Origin: Eledone cirrhosa
Taxonomy: Eukaryota
NCBI GenBank assembly: GCA_964016885.1
Contig: OZ024743.1
Location: forward strand, 14,384,001 to 14,448,000
DNA length: 64,000 bases
Direction: 5' to 3'
The notes below the pieces were generated by a model, which searched no databases, was not told where the DNA came from, and saw only the letters and a list, made by a program, of their open reading frames with translations. The stretch's first letter is position 1, and each line of letters begins with the position of its first letter. The position numbers were made by a program, and so were the translations under genes. Positions 45,621 through 61,936 of the stretch are shown one piece after another.

Positions 45621-46189
45621 CATATATATATCATCGTGTGAGTTACGCTAACACATACATGTATTTATATATATAAATGTTCTTTTATTGGGGTGGGGGG
45701 TTTCAAGAGACTTCTAGTCTTCATTAATACATCTATCTAGGAGGAGATCACTCTCATTTAAAACTGATGTAGATGAGTTCTTCTTTATGAGTAAATGCAT
45801 CCGATGTTCTGAGTGGGATTGGCCCCACGCAGACCCTTTCTTCACTCAAAAGAAGATCCTCAAGGCCAGGCATCGCTTGATACGTGACACTCTTTTGCGA
45901 TGCATGACATGGCTATTTCATATGCAGGTCGCTAGCAGGACTAAAAAGCTATGACTTTGATGCTCATGTATGACCATCAAGCGATCGATTTAGCTAGAAT
46001 CTGTAATCAAAAACTCGTCGGACTTATGCTGCGGTAATGGCAGCAGAGGTCCGACGAGCTTTTGATAGCAGAGTCGGGCTAGATCGATACAGATCAAACA
46101 TTGAGCTGATCGATAGCGACAGGTGCGTCACTACTCAATGAACGTAATCAAGATATAACAAATCGTCCTTGTTATTATTGTTATTATTA

Positions 46190-46806
46190 TTAAATTCTGC
46201 TTAGTCCTACACCTTTATACTTACTGGAACCTGCGCACCGGTTGCTCACTATGGTCAACCTACAGTAATTGGATATTACTATGTATTTGTTTGCGTGTAT
46301 GTATTTATTTATTTCTATTACTTCTGTATTGTATTTATTTACTTTGTTCTTAACTCTTTAGCGGAGATTCATTCGGTTTCCTAGCTAGAATTTTAGTCTA
46401 CGACTTCTGCTATACCATTTACGTGGTTTTGTCTTTGCGTGCTATTGTTCTCCACGCTCCACATATGACGTATTATCTTCGTTTTTTTCGTTCATTACCA
46501 GAGAACGTCTCTATGAACCACTTAAGAGAACATTAGTCTACGACCTCTTTTATACCATAAACGTGGTTCTGTCTTTGCGCGTAATTGTTTTTCACCGCTC
46601 CTATTAATGACGTATTTATTCGTTTTTTTCAGGTTCTTTGCCAGCGAACGTTTCCACGAACCAAAGTATCGTCTTCCTGTCTTCCTCCGGTTGCAACGTT
46701 TTTTGAAATATCCTTCTGCGTTTACAGATTGACTTTGTTAGTTTCAGAAGATCCCGTTAAGGGTGAAAGCAGCGATTCTTTGCTTAAACTTTAATCTGTT
46801 ATTTTA

Positions 46807-46812
<6 letters not shown>
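46190..46812 (+). mobile_element. PLE 3' end / pseudo-LTR with ~140-bp tandem subrepeat
   Basis: Tandem ttagtctacgac...acgtggtt.tgtctttgcg units at ~46392 and ~46533, terminal hammerhead at 46740-46790, ends in (TA)n. Confidence 0.6.
46740..46790 (+). ncRNA. Type I hammerhead, U4A core (copies 20334-20383 minus; 26-72 degenerate)
   Basis: agttt-CAGAAGA-t-ccc gttaa ggg-t-GAAA-gca gcgattctt tgc-TT-aaact: all three stems can pair. Confidence 0.7.
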
Positions 46813-46897
<85 letters not shown>

Positions 46898-46970
46898 GTA
46901 TATATATATATCTATATATATATATATATACATACATATATATACAAACATACATATATATCTATATATG

Positions 46971-49004
<2,034 letters not shown>

Positions 49005-49006
49005 CA

Positions 49007-49040
<34 letters not shown>

Positions 49041-49318
49041 TGCGCAAACTAAGCACACGACACACATACAAAAACAAGATGGCGTTGGACAGAACAAAGG
49101 AGAGACACAAAAAACAAAGAAAAGAATCCCCAGTCACTGAAGATGTCACAGAATGTGTGACGAAAGAACTTTGACAATATATAAACAATCATCTGGTTGT
49201 GGAACCAACCAACGAGAAATTTATAAATTCCTAAATTTATAAATTTATTATAATAAATTGAAGTGAAAGCATCTGGTGCGTGTGTTTCTTATTGGCAACA
49301 TGACCCTCCCAAAGTATG

Positions 49319-49322
<4 letters not shown>
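49041..49322 (+). mobile_element. Solo PLE pseudo-LTR with hammerhead
   Basis: Homologous (inverted) to 56150-56456; hammerhead at 49132-49175; between (TA)n tracts. Confidence 0.75.
49132..49175 (+). ncRNA. Minimal hammerhead, canonical core
   Basis: gtca-CTGAAGA-t-gtcaca gaatg tgtgac-GAAA-gaac-TT-tgac. Confidence 0.8.
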
Positions 49323-49354
<32 letters not shown>

Positions 49355-49720
49355 TATACATATATATATATGGCAATATACATAAATGTTAAAAGAAAAA
49401 AAGGAAAAGAGTGCTCAATGGGGAAAGGAGCAGATATATTATATTATTATATTATATATACATATGCATATAGTTCTGCGTAGTCCTATGTGCGCATATA
49501 TATTCAAATGGGTGAAAAGCGATAAAAACAGAACAATTCAGTAAAATATTGATTTATATTCGTTTAACAGGTGTTATAGGGGGAAAACAGTGTTAAAGAT
49601 ACCAACGATAGTTTTTAATAGGAGACAATCAGAAAGAGAAGGAGAAATAGAAAGTTAAGGATGAGTAAAAAAAGGAAGGTAAAAAATACACAGGAGGATA
49701 TCACGTGTACAGCTAATCAA

Positions 49721-49763
<43 letters not shown>

Positions 49764-49784
49764 TATATATATATATATATATGC

Positions 49785-49817
<33 letters not shown>

Positions 49818-50563
49818 CATACATACATACACGCATACATACACACAAACATAATGCGATTTCTGTTTGGCGCCGTTGATAGATAATATTAAACTATAGA
49901 CTTCAATTTGTGTATATATTCACAAATATTCAAATAGGCATATTTCCATAATTCATTGCTAGATGTAATGAGAACATGTCAGAAAGAATTTTTTGTAAAT
50001 TTTACGAAACGAAATATATTTTCAGATATATAATTATACTGAAGATAGCATGAAATTCTAAAGCAAGAATTGGCACACTTTCAGGCAATATTTGCTAATC
50101 TGACTGCGGAGATTTACGCTGTGGAAAATAAAGGTGTAACGAAATTTACAACACGTCAGTTTGTTACAGTCTATTTAGTGAGATGTCTAAAAACACATAT
50201 GTCAGGACGCTAGTCTATAGTTCGTAAAAGTAAAAAACCTTTTTCTGACCTACAACCACCCAAATACATGCATACTAACAGGCATACAATGCAACAACTA
50301 TACCCACTTACATGATCACACATATAAACTGCAACACGGATAGACCGATCCACACAAGACGATACGTATTTATTTCATATTGACTTATCGTGTATGCACA
50401 GGCATATGCGTACATATATGAATATGCATACATGAATTATATATATATATATAATATATATGCTGACATGTACCTAATTTTGAAAGATAAATGTCTAACA
50501 CAACGTTAAATGTTTGGCTATAATTGCCTCTTCTAAAATCATCTCACACACAAACACGCACAC

Positions 50564-52400
<1,837 letters not shown>

Positions 52401-52419
52401 CACTTACACACACACACAT

Positions 52420-52498
<79 letters not shown>

Positions 52499-53124
52499 TG
52501 TGTGTGTGTGTGTGTCTGTGTGTATGTGTGTGTCTGTGCGTGTGTTGTGTGTAAGTGCTTATGTGTTTGTGAGTGCGTGGATGTGTGTATGTGTATGTGT
52601 GTGTATGTTAAATAAATAATTTCCTCGTTACATGAATATGTAATGCACTATCTATACAGATATAAACGTATGTACGCCTTAACTTTCGTAGCAACACATT
52701 GTTGACTGCTTAATGGCGTGGCATTACTAAGGACAGCAAGATATATGTCGCCACCAAACGACGACCAACCGTCTTATTCGCGCTCACCAATACGCAATGC
52801 CCAACATTGCTGAGTGTGTACCACACGTACACACAGTTGGCGGGCAATCTCCGTATTAAATCTATACTCTATCCTGATCTCTATGTGTGGTTCCTTTCAT
52901 CAATCATCGTATTTTGCAATCCACACCTGATGCTATCACCCAGTCTTATGTAATGATCGGATGATGTAAGGTGTCGATCAATATGCGTATAAAGCTTTTG
53001 CAGCTTCAATCAAATTTTAAAAGTATATTTCCGCCCGGCCTCCCATGAGTTTGTATGCATGTCTGTCTCTCTCTCTATATATATATATATATCTTCATAG
53101 GAGTTATTGACTCAACAACCTACA

Positions 53125-53187
<63 letters not shown>

Positions 53188-53280
53188 GAGGTTATATTTA
53201 ATTTGTTGGGATACAACAAGCAAAATATTTTATATATATATATATATATATGGTGTTAGTTGTTCAGTCAATTACCTCAC

Positions 53281-53366
53281 CAGGCTGAGGAGCATGGATA
53301 GTGGAGTCTGGTCGATAACTCCTATAGGTGTCCTTGAACCAATCCTCTGTGAAACGTGCGTAACAT
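53281..53366 (+). ncRNA. Possible degenerate long-stem-II hammerhead
   Basis: CTGAGGA-gca.ggat...atcc..tgt-GAAA-cgtgcg-TA; stem I does not pair. Confidence 0.4.
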
Positions 53367-53702
53367 ACCGTTACACGATAATATATTTTATGAGTAAAAT
53401 TTCCTCCTTTTTTCATATTATATATATTATGTATCTAGTTATGTATTGTGTATCGACGTTTTACGGAAGTTTCGCAGAGTATTGGCTCAGTCTCTCTAAT
53501 AGAATTTATAGATCTAATTCTGTCATCGACCTGCTATTCAGTCTGGCGATCCAACAACAAATATACATGTAAACGAAAACTTCATCGTTTTTCTTAATAT
53601 ACACATTCTGCTTGTGCGTCGAGTGCTTGTCTTATACCACCGACATGAATCACATACAATATATATATATATATATATACGTGTGTGAGGGGGGGATATG
53701 TG

Positions 53703-53733
<31 letters not shown>

Positions 53734-53830
53734 CTGTTTGTTTCTGTGTGTGTGTACATATATACGTGCTCTATTAGATTAGATGTGGACTGGTCCGAAA
53801 ACTATAAAAAAAATTGAATGTACCTTTATA

Positions 53831-53908
<78 letters not shown>

Positions 53909-53946
53909 GTACACACACACACGCACACACACACACACACGCACAT

Positions 53947-53983
<37 letters not shown>

Positions 53984-54463
53984 CATATATATGATGGCGT
54001 TCTGATGAATTATCTATTTCGTGGATGTAAGCATTGGTATTGCTCTCTGTGCATGTGTATACCTAATGTATAATGGCCTCTTGTGTCAGGACACCTGGTA
54101 TAATATTTTCTATAGATCAGAATCCATCAAATTTTCTAATAAAGTATGAATTTGCTTTTAACTCATATATTATAAGGATTTCAAAGAAAACTATATTAAA
54201 TACACTCATAATATCTGACGGTGTATGTGTGAGAAATTCCTAGCTTTAATGGATTTATACAACTGTCAAGAACATGTAATAAATGTAATATTTGGAAACC
54301 GATGTGGTTACTACTATGCATATGTGTATCCACTTTATATTTTGCTTCATATTCGTATATCATACATCCCTCTATACATTCCCCCCCCCCCCATTGACAT
54401 ATGTTTACATTCACATTACATTCATTTATATATATATATATTATCCACACACACTCACACACT

Positions 54464-54515
<52 letters not shown>

Positions 54516-54539
54516 GGTGTGTGTGGGTGTGTGTGTGTA

Positions 54540-54571
<32 letters not shown>

Positions 54572-54849
54572 AGTGGTTGTGTGTGGATAATATAGTTTAA
54601 TTCGTGATATCATTAAATATTTCCTCGATTCGGCAACTGAAAAGGGCAAATACTGAAATTAGGGCATACTCAATATGATACAACTGAAACGACGAAATTC
54701 AAAGTGAACATACCGGGTTGATTTAACATCGGTACATTGAAAGGTACTTTAGCATCGGTACATTGAAAGTCTTACTTTATATATGCGCTCCATGGTTTCG
54801 ACTCTGCTAGCATCACAACTACGTGATAAAACATTTCCAACTCACACTG

Positions 54850-55980
54850 TCCTACACAAACTGCCTCGGTTTTTCACCGATCAATTCTGTAGATTCCTCA
54901 ATGATTGCTATAAAAGTAGTGAGAAATCTTTTGCGTTTGAATTTCCCATTATTGTGCTCCCGGTGTAAACTTTTTGCGCAGGTTCGATGCCACTCATGAA
55001 TTAACATGAAAGTTTAGATGATATGGCTAATGGTCTATACGTTGCCGTAAAGAATATAGTAATGCGTTTGAGGGGATTGATATTGTTATCATTCACAGTA
55101 CTCGGTTGTAGCAATCATCTAAAACTTTGGTGAAAGATATTGTCGCTGACCATGATTCACAGGAATAGAATAAGATTGATTCTATTCTAGCGTTGTATAT
55201 ACTAAGGTTTGATATGTGTTTATATTAAGCGTCCACACCACAATTTGTGACGTAACAGCAAACTATGATTGTGCTAAGTATATATTATTTGACGAATTGG
55301 TGTATGCGCCAAGTTATTTGCGATCTACGTTTTCTGTATTATTTAAAGTTTTGATGTGTTGCATGATCTGAATTGTTAGTCATGTATTTGGAGTTGTTAG
55401 TATTTAAGAAAACTTCCATAGCTTGAGTAGATACATCTATCTTGTGTAACAGATCATCTGCATCACTTAGGGAATCTGCACATACGATAAAGTCATTAGC
55501 GACGGCCATATCTGTTACGTGTCGTGATGGATATCTCGTGCTTCTAAATGATAGCTATAAAAATCATCAATAGGAACACGGAATGCATAATCTAACGCGT
55601 TGATAAATAAATATGATTTGAGGAGATCGTTTGAAGTAAGCCTATGACGACTTGAAAAAATCCAGCTTCTCCTTCTGTTGTCAGTATTGTAGCGAGATGG
55701 TTTAGTCTCATGATTTTGATTTCATTAACGAATTTCAGTGGCATGTCATGAGTAAATAAACCATCAATGATACGTTCAAGTTTAATGCCATGAAAGGCTG
55801 TTCAAAAGTTTACAAAGATTATTACGGTTTCTTTTTAATGATTGATATTACCTCTTCGATTAAACGGTGGAGGACCATTATTTGTGCCAATATTATTAAT
55901 TGAATTTAATAAAATTTACCAAGTAAAAGTCCATGATGATGTAAAAAAGAGGTATAGCAATATCTCATCAGTGGGAATTT
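54850..55980 (-). pseudogene. RTE/RTEX LINE RT, decayed
   Basis: IFVNF*TAFHGI, YLFINALDYA, RSTRYP...VTDMAVAND (FADD) and ARIESILFYSCESW....VLDDCYNRVL. Confidence 0.75.
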
Positions 55981-56077
55981 ATCAGTAAATCGAGCCAATG
56001 AAAGACCTGAAATAGTTCTAGTCCTGTAGAAGCCATTTCTATATTATATATATATATATATATATATTGGAAAAGTA

Positions 56078-56149
<72 letters not shown>

Positions 56150-56154
<5 letters not shown>

Positions 56155-56620
56155 ATACTTTGGGAGGGTCATGTTGCCAATAAGAAACACACGCACCATT
56201 TGCTTTCAATTCAATTTATTATATATTTATAAATTTATAAATTTACAAATCTACAAACTTATAAATTATAAATTTCTGGTTGGTTGGTTGGTTCCACAAC
56301 CAGATAGTTGTTTATATATATAGTCATAGTCCTTTCGTCACACACTCTGTGACCTCTTCAGTGACTGGGGATTCCTTTCTTCGTTTCTGTGCCTTTTCTT
56401 TCTTCTATCCTACGCCATTTCGTTTCTGTGTGTGTGTTGTGTGCTCAGTTTGCGCATGTGCCACATCCGGGTGTCTGTGTGTGTTTGTGTTCATTTTTCT
56501 ATTTGTATATTTGTTTATTTTTCTATTTGTTTATTTTCTATTTGTTTATTTTTCTATTTGTTTATTTTTCTATTTGTTTATTCAACACACGATTTCAGAT
56601 AAAGAATCTTGCTAAACAAA
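56150..56620 (-). mobile_element. Solo PLE pseudo-LTR with hammerhead
   Basis: Reverse-complement copy of 49041-49322 with extra upstream sequence; hammerhead at 56322-56366. Confidence 0.75.
56322..56366 (-). ncRNA. Minimal hammerhead, canonical core
   Basis: agtca-CTGAAGA-g-gtcaca gagtg tgtgac-GAAA-ggac-TA-tgact. Confidence 0.8.
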
Positions 56621-56642
56621 TTCAGAAACGAAATATATATAT

Positions 56643-56677
<35 letters not shown>

Positions 56678-56811
56678 CATGTAGAGTTATATTTAAAATT
56701 GTTGGGTTACAACTAGTAAATATTTATAACTGATATAAAAGCACTCGACAAATACTTGGAGTATATTTACAATATTAAATAAATGGAAAACTATATTTAT
56801 AAAACCATATC

Positions 56812-56877
56812 TATTTCATTATATATATTTCGGGCATATCATATTAACAATATGCTATGCCTTCATCAGACAAAATA
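56812..56877 (-). ncRNA. Type I hammerhead at the 3' end of the large PLE
   Basis: tattttgt-CTGATGA-a-ggcata gcatatt gtt aatatg a tatgcc-c-GAAA-tatata-TA-atgaaata: 8-bp stem I (with G-U pairs), long stem II, palindromic stem III. Confidence 0.8.
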
Positions 56878-57250
56878 CAATATAAACAGTTTTATAGATA
56901 AATATATTCGACATACCGTAATAAACATCAACTTCATTTGAAGAGGTTTACTCTAGCAGTGAAAATACAGAGAGAAAGAAAGAGAGAGAGAAAAGAGGGA
57001 AATAAGAAAGAAAGAAAGACAAAACGAAGAAAAGGAAGAAAAAGAAGAAAAAGAAAAAGAAGAAATGCATGGGACAAAATAGAGAGATGGAAAAATAGAT
57101 AAAGCGAAGAGCTTCATGTAAAGAGACAGAAAGAGATATATATATATATAGAGAGAGAGAGAGGAAATAGAGATAGATACATATATAAATATAGATATAG
57201 AAAAATTAGGTAGTGGGAGGTCATTTTGAGTAAGTGTATCAATGATGCAT

Positions 57251-57281
<31 letters not shown>

Positions 57282-57949
57282 GCTCAAGTATTAATGTAAG
57301 GGAGATATATAGAGAGATATAGAGAGATATAGAGAGAAAAAATTTAAAAATAGCCAGACATATTCGAGGCGTAGAAAACCCTATGTTTTAATGTATTAGT
57401 ATTTATAAAACTTACACTATATTGTAAATATCAGTATTCCTGAATGAAACAAGTATTCACAATGCGTGAAAATTCATCATCTTATGTTTAGTTTTTTAAA
57501 AAATTCATATGTCTATGTGAATCCAACTGATTCACTCCGCAAATTCAAAGTTACCGGAAAACATTCTCAATGTGGTATAAAAATTTGAGCGTATTATTAT
57601 TCTTGCGATTACTCTACAAGATTATCTATCAAGCAGAAATAGAGAGCAGGTTTCAATATACTAATCGAAAATATATATTATATTATAAGCAGAGATAACA
57701 ATAATAATGATAATAAGTAAAAATATATAAAAATATAAAAATATAGAATAGAAAACTAAAAAAGAATATTACGAAAGAATATTACATAATAAAAATATTG
57801 CATATTAAAAATACTACGTATTAAAAATATTACGTATTAAAACTTTACATATAAAAATATTAAAAATAAAAATTTACATATAAAAATATTAAAAATAAAA
57901 ATAAAATAAAATAAAAAATAAAAATATTATAGAATACTACAATACTAAA

Positions 57950-58046
57950 AGAATAAAAATAAAAATAAAAATAAAAATAAAAATAAAAATAAAAATAAAA
58001 ATAAAAATAAAAATAAAAATAAAAATAAAAATGAAAATAAAAATAA
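57950..58046. repeat. (TAAAAA)n hexamer repeat within the PLE 3' region
   Basis: Read directly from the sequence. Confidence 0.9.
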
Positions 58047-58424
58047 ACCACAAAGAACAACCCTTCAAAGTTAATTGACAATATATTGCCAAGTTCACTA
58101 CAAGACAAAGCCAAAAATTATCTATCAAATCACATCTAGCAAGGAATATCGCAAAAAAGATTATGATGTCCAATAATGTCTACATATGTTCCTATATTTA
58201 ATATATAAGTTTATCAAGTGTAAGGTTAATTCAAAAAATTTGGAGCATCGGCTTTTAGGGTAGCTTAATTTTTCATGAGGAATGTTTAGATAAAAATAAA
58301 AATAAAAATAAAAATAAATAAAATAAAATAAACAATAAAAAGAGTAAAAAGAGGGAATCAAAGATTTAGGAATCAAAAGATTTATCGGCTAGTTCTCATA
58401 TAAATATAAATCAAACTAAATATA

Positions 58425-59084
58425 CTACATTTTAAATTTAAATTTATATTTAAACGTTGAGTTTAATCTATGTTTGCAACAACTGAATAAATTTGTCCGT
58501 AGGTTAAGGGAATTTTTAGATTTTAGTATAAAGAATATCTCCTCTGCGCAGAGGTCACATGTCTCAGAGGATGAATTAAAAGGAATCCCTCTTGAGACTA
58601 TATTCCAAGCCGTCGAATATCTAACGTTATCTAGCTTAAGTTGCCAGAGTACACCTGATAGTGCCGTTGAAGATTTTTTATTTGGATCTGTGAAAGAATT
58701 CTTGTGGTTATTATAGCGAAGTTTAAATTCCGTCGATGTGGAACCGACGTAGTTAAAAGAATTAGAGTCAGTATTAACATTACAATTGTATACTATATTT
58801 TTAACTAAGCAGTTGTTATTTAACGGACATTTAGATCTATCTCTACAGTTACATTTGTTAACTTGTATATTATTTATGCTATTATCAGTAGGTTTTAAGT
58901 TCCTATTATTTATTCTATTAATATTTTGTGCTAAATTTTTGGTGGATGAGTAGGTTAATTTAATTGTATGCCTATTGAAGATTGAGTGGTACCTATGTGT
59001 TCTAGGGAAGCGATTATCAAGAGCTTTGAAAAATAATTTAGCGATGTGGGTTTTAATGTTTAGTGAGAAAGGGGGGGGGGGCAA
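58425..59084 (-). CDS. Penelope-like element GIY-YIG endonuclease (C-terminal part of the same polyprotein, frameshifted at a G11 run, 59071-59081)
   Basis: IIWF.PPFS linker, CNCR..CPL..C cysteine motif, NIVY...YVG.T...FKLRYNNHK.SF, CDLC..E...I and terminal C.H motif, all typical of the Penelope GIY-YIG. Confidence 0.92.
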   Translation of the reverse strand: MPPPPFSLNIKTHIAKLFFKALDNRFPRTHRYHSIFNRHTIKLTYSSTKNLAQNINRINNRNLKPTDNSINNIQVNKCNCRDRSKCPLNNNCLVKNIVYNCNVNTDSNSFNYVGSTSTEFKLRYNNHKNSFTDPNKKSSTALSGVLWQLKLDNVRYSTAWNIVSRGIPFNSSSETCDLCAEEIFFILKSKNSLNLRTNLFSCCKHRLNSTFKYKFKFKM

Positions 59085-60120
59085 ACCAAATTATGTTCCT
59101 AGTTCTATTTCTTTTTTGTCCTTTGGAATTATTGTAATGCTTTCTATTATAGTTGTTAATGTTGTTGCCGTAATTAAAAAAGTTGTTACTTTGTTTAGTT
59201 TGTTTATCATTATCTATGTACACAATCTTATCAGCATACCCTGCCCTAGCTAGTGCATCATTATAGTATTGGGCCTTTTCGTCAAAAATCTTTCTATTCG
59301 ACGAGATCCTAGAGATACGTTTTTGGACTGAGTTTACTATAGTGTTTTTGACAGATCTGGGGTGGTTAGAGTTAAAGTTGACATAGTTTGAGCTTTCATT
59401 CAACTTGTGAAAAGGATAGTGGAGACATGTGTTGAGATTTAATGTTATATCTAGGAAATTGACTATTCTATGGTTGTTCTCAATTTCTATTTTAAGGTTA
59501 AAGTATTTAAAAAGTTTTGTAATTTGTTTACATTTTCTATTTAGTTCAGGGTTATTATTATTAATAAGTAAAAGCATGTCATCCCTATATAAACCTCCGG
59601 TAGTACCAGGTATTTTCCTATGTAGCGAATTGATTAAAAATAAGCCCACAAGGTCAGTTACCTGAGCTGAGTCGGAAGATCCCATAGTTATGTCAAAATT
59701 GCTATCTCTATCTGCTCTGGTCCATAATTTGTCATCAAATTCTATCAAAGTTTTCCTAGCCGATAATATAATATGCATTTCTTTGCTAGTTAGGTCCGTA
59801 TGTTTGAACGCGTAATTTAGTGCCTTATTTAGTAGACTAGGGGTAATAGAAGAATAATAGTTAGCTATATCAAGTTGAATAAACCTATTATTATTGTCAT
59901 ATTTAATTTGCCTAAACCACTCAACAACCTCTCCAGTTCCCTTCCACAAGCTCAGGTTAGATACATAATCCAAGTTCTTAATTTGCAGTATCACCCTGTC
60001 AAGAATGTTTTTGCTTAATTTGCCCAGGTCCGATTTTGAAGGTGCGATCAATCTAACTGGCAGGTCAATCTCAAAATTCCTCTTGTGGTCCTTCATATTG
60101 ATCTTCGGTTTCCTGGGCAA
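59053..60120 (-). CDS. Penelope-like element reverse transcriptase, 5'-truncated
   Basis: ORF contains PLE RT motifs KDHK..F, VRLIAPSKSDLG, FIQLDIANYYSSI, ITMGSSDSAQVTDLVG, GLYRDD, NFLDITL and the thumb motif SNHP. No internal stops. Confidence 0.93.
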   Translation of the reverse strand: MPRKPKINMKDHKRNFEIDLPVRLIAPSKSDLGKLSKNILDRVILQIKNLDYVSNLSLWKGTGEVVEWFRQIKYDNNNRFIQLDIANYYSSITPSLLNKALNYAFKHTDLTSKEMHIILSARKTLIEFDDKLWTRADRDSNFDITMGSSDSAQVTDLVGLFLINSLHRKIPGTTGGLYRDDMLLLINNNNPELNRKCKQITKLFKYFNLKIEIENNHRIVNFLDITLNLNTCLHYPFHKLNESSNYVNFNSNHPRSVKNTIVNSVQKRISRISSNRKIFDEKAQYYNDALARAGYADKIVYIDNDKQTKQSNNFFNYGNNINNYNRKHYNNSKGQKRNRTRNIIWFAPPPFLTKH

Positions 60121-60357
60121 ACCATGTAAACCTTCTTTCCTGATATATATATATATATATCAGGAAAGAAGGTTTACATGGTCAGTATCACCCTGTCAAG
60201 AATGTTTTTGCTTAATTTGCCCAGGTCCGATTTTGAAGGTGCGATCAATCTAACTGGCAGGTCAATCTCAAAATTCCTCTTGTGGTCCTTCATATTGATC
60301 TTCGGTTTCCTGGGCAAACCATGTAAACCTTCTTTCCTGATATATATATATATATAT

Positions 60358-61143
60358 CAGGAAAGAAGGTTTACATGGTTTGCTATACAAAAAAGTTTTT
60401 AATCACATAGCTTACATTTGTTTCACTGAACTGGTATGTCTAGAGATCGCTATCCGCCTAATTTTGCGTCACTCGATCGCCAATACAGAATTATAACCAG
60501 TCAGATCTTCGGAGCATGCGAGAATGAAGAAAATACACAGGCAAGAAAAGAAAAGAAAATATGGAGTAGTTATGGCATTCAATTAGAACAATAACAACAA
60601 CAATTATTACAACAATGCTATCAATAAACTATTTAAGGAGACCCTGACATTACTTAGGTGGGGGGTATATAATGTATCTAATGTTACGGCGTGAAAACCA
60701 GCTGTCATAAGGCAAAAAGTATCGTAGTGTGTATCAATTTTAAATTATAAAGATAAGCTAGTTTTTACAGTCTTTCTCTTCATCTTCAACAGTATACATG
60801 AGTGGGACCACTGTCAAAGCTCAATAGTTGTAGAGTTAATACAGAGGTTAACGAATTAATATACGCATATATTCATTAAGTATACTATTTCCTTCACAAG
60901 TCTATACCACACAATTGTCTGTAAATACCTCATCTACCAACAATCTTACTCCTTCTCAGCTGCTGCAATCATTTGATCCTAGATCCTAGTTTTTCTCATT
61001 TCACTACTACAATGTTACTTTACCTTCTTTTTGCCATAATTACAATTAGCACGCTTTTCTCTTTGCATGTATGTATATTTTTGTACGAGTGTATATTGAT
61101 GTGTATGTATGTGTCTATGTACACATATATGTGTATATATATT

Positions 61144-61188
<45 letters not shown>

Positions 61189-61880
61189 GCGTAGATATAT
61201 GCGTATATTAATTCGTTAACCTCTGTATTAACTCTACAACTATTGAGCTTTGACAGTGGTCCCACTCATGTATACTGTTGAAGATGAAGAGAAAGACTGT
61301 AAAAACTAGCTTATCTTTATAATTTAAAATTGATACACACTACGATACTTTTTGCCTTATGACAGTTGGTTTTCACGCCGTAACATTAGATACATTATAT
61401 ACCCCCCACCTAAGTAATGTCAGGGTCTCCTTAAATAGTTTATTGATAGCATTGTTGTAATAATTGTTGTTGTTATTGTTCTAATTGAATGCCATAACTA
61501 CTCCATATTTTCTTTTCTTTTCTTGCCTGTGTATTTTCTTCATTCTCGCATGCTCCGATGATCTGACTGGTTATAATTCTGTATTGGCGATCGAGTGACG
61601 CAAAATTAGGCGGATAGCGATCTCTACACATACCAGTTCAGTGAAACAAATGTAAGCTGTGATTAAAAACTGTTTTGTATAGCAAACCATGTAAACCTTC
61701 TTTCTTGATTTATTATTACTCCAAGTGTTTACAACATAGGAATTACAGCATACCCGCAGCATCACTATGAAAACGCCTTGTTGAGTCAAACCAAGCCAAG
61801 CGTTAATATCATCCACTACCTGGAATACCATAACTGGACTTCACCTAAGTGGACTGCATTTAACTATTATTTGTTAATCC

Positions 61881-61881
<1 letters not shown>
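60358..61881. mobile_element. Fold-back PLE pseudo-LTR pair (arms ~60358-60870 and ~61197-61703, plus tail to ~61881)
   Basis: About 510-bp near-identical inverted arms, a long-stem-II hammerhead in each arm, (TA)n at both ends. Confidence 0.8.
61551..61657 (+). ncRNA. Hammerhead, U4C core with ~80-nt stem II (mirror 60410-60516, minus)
   Basis: gct-CCGATGA-t-ctga ctggt...accag t tcag-t-GAAA-caaatg-TA-agc. The mirror has CCGAAGA, differing only at the variable position 7. Confidence 0.68.

Positions 61882-61936
<55 letters not shown>

Larger units (their letters stand above)
56680..60116 (-). mobile_element. Penelope-like retroelement, 5'-truncated, with long AT-rich 3' region and terminal hammerhead
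   Basis: RT and GIY-YIG ORFs followed on the minus strand by ~1.7 kb non-coding sequence that has a hammerhead at 56812-56877 and ends in (TA)n. Assigning the 3' region to this element is an inference. Confidence 0.8.
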
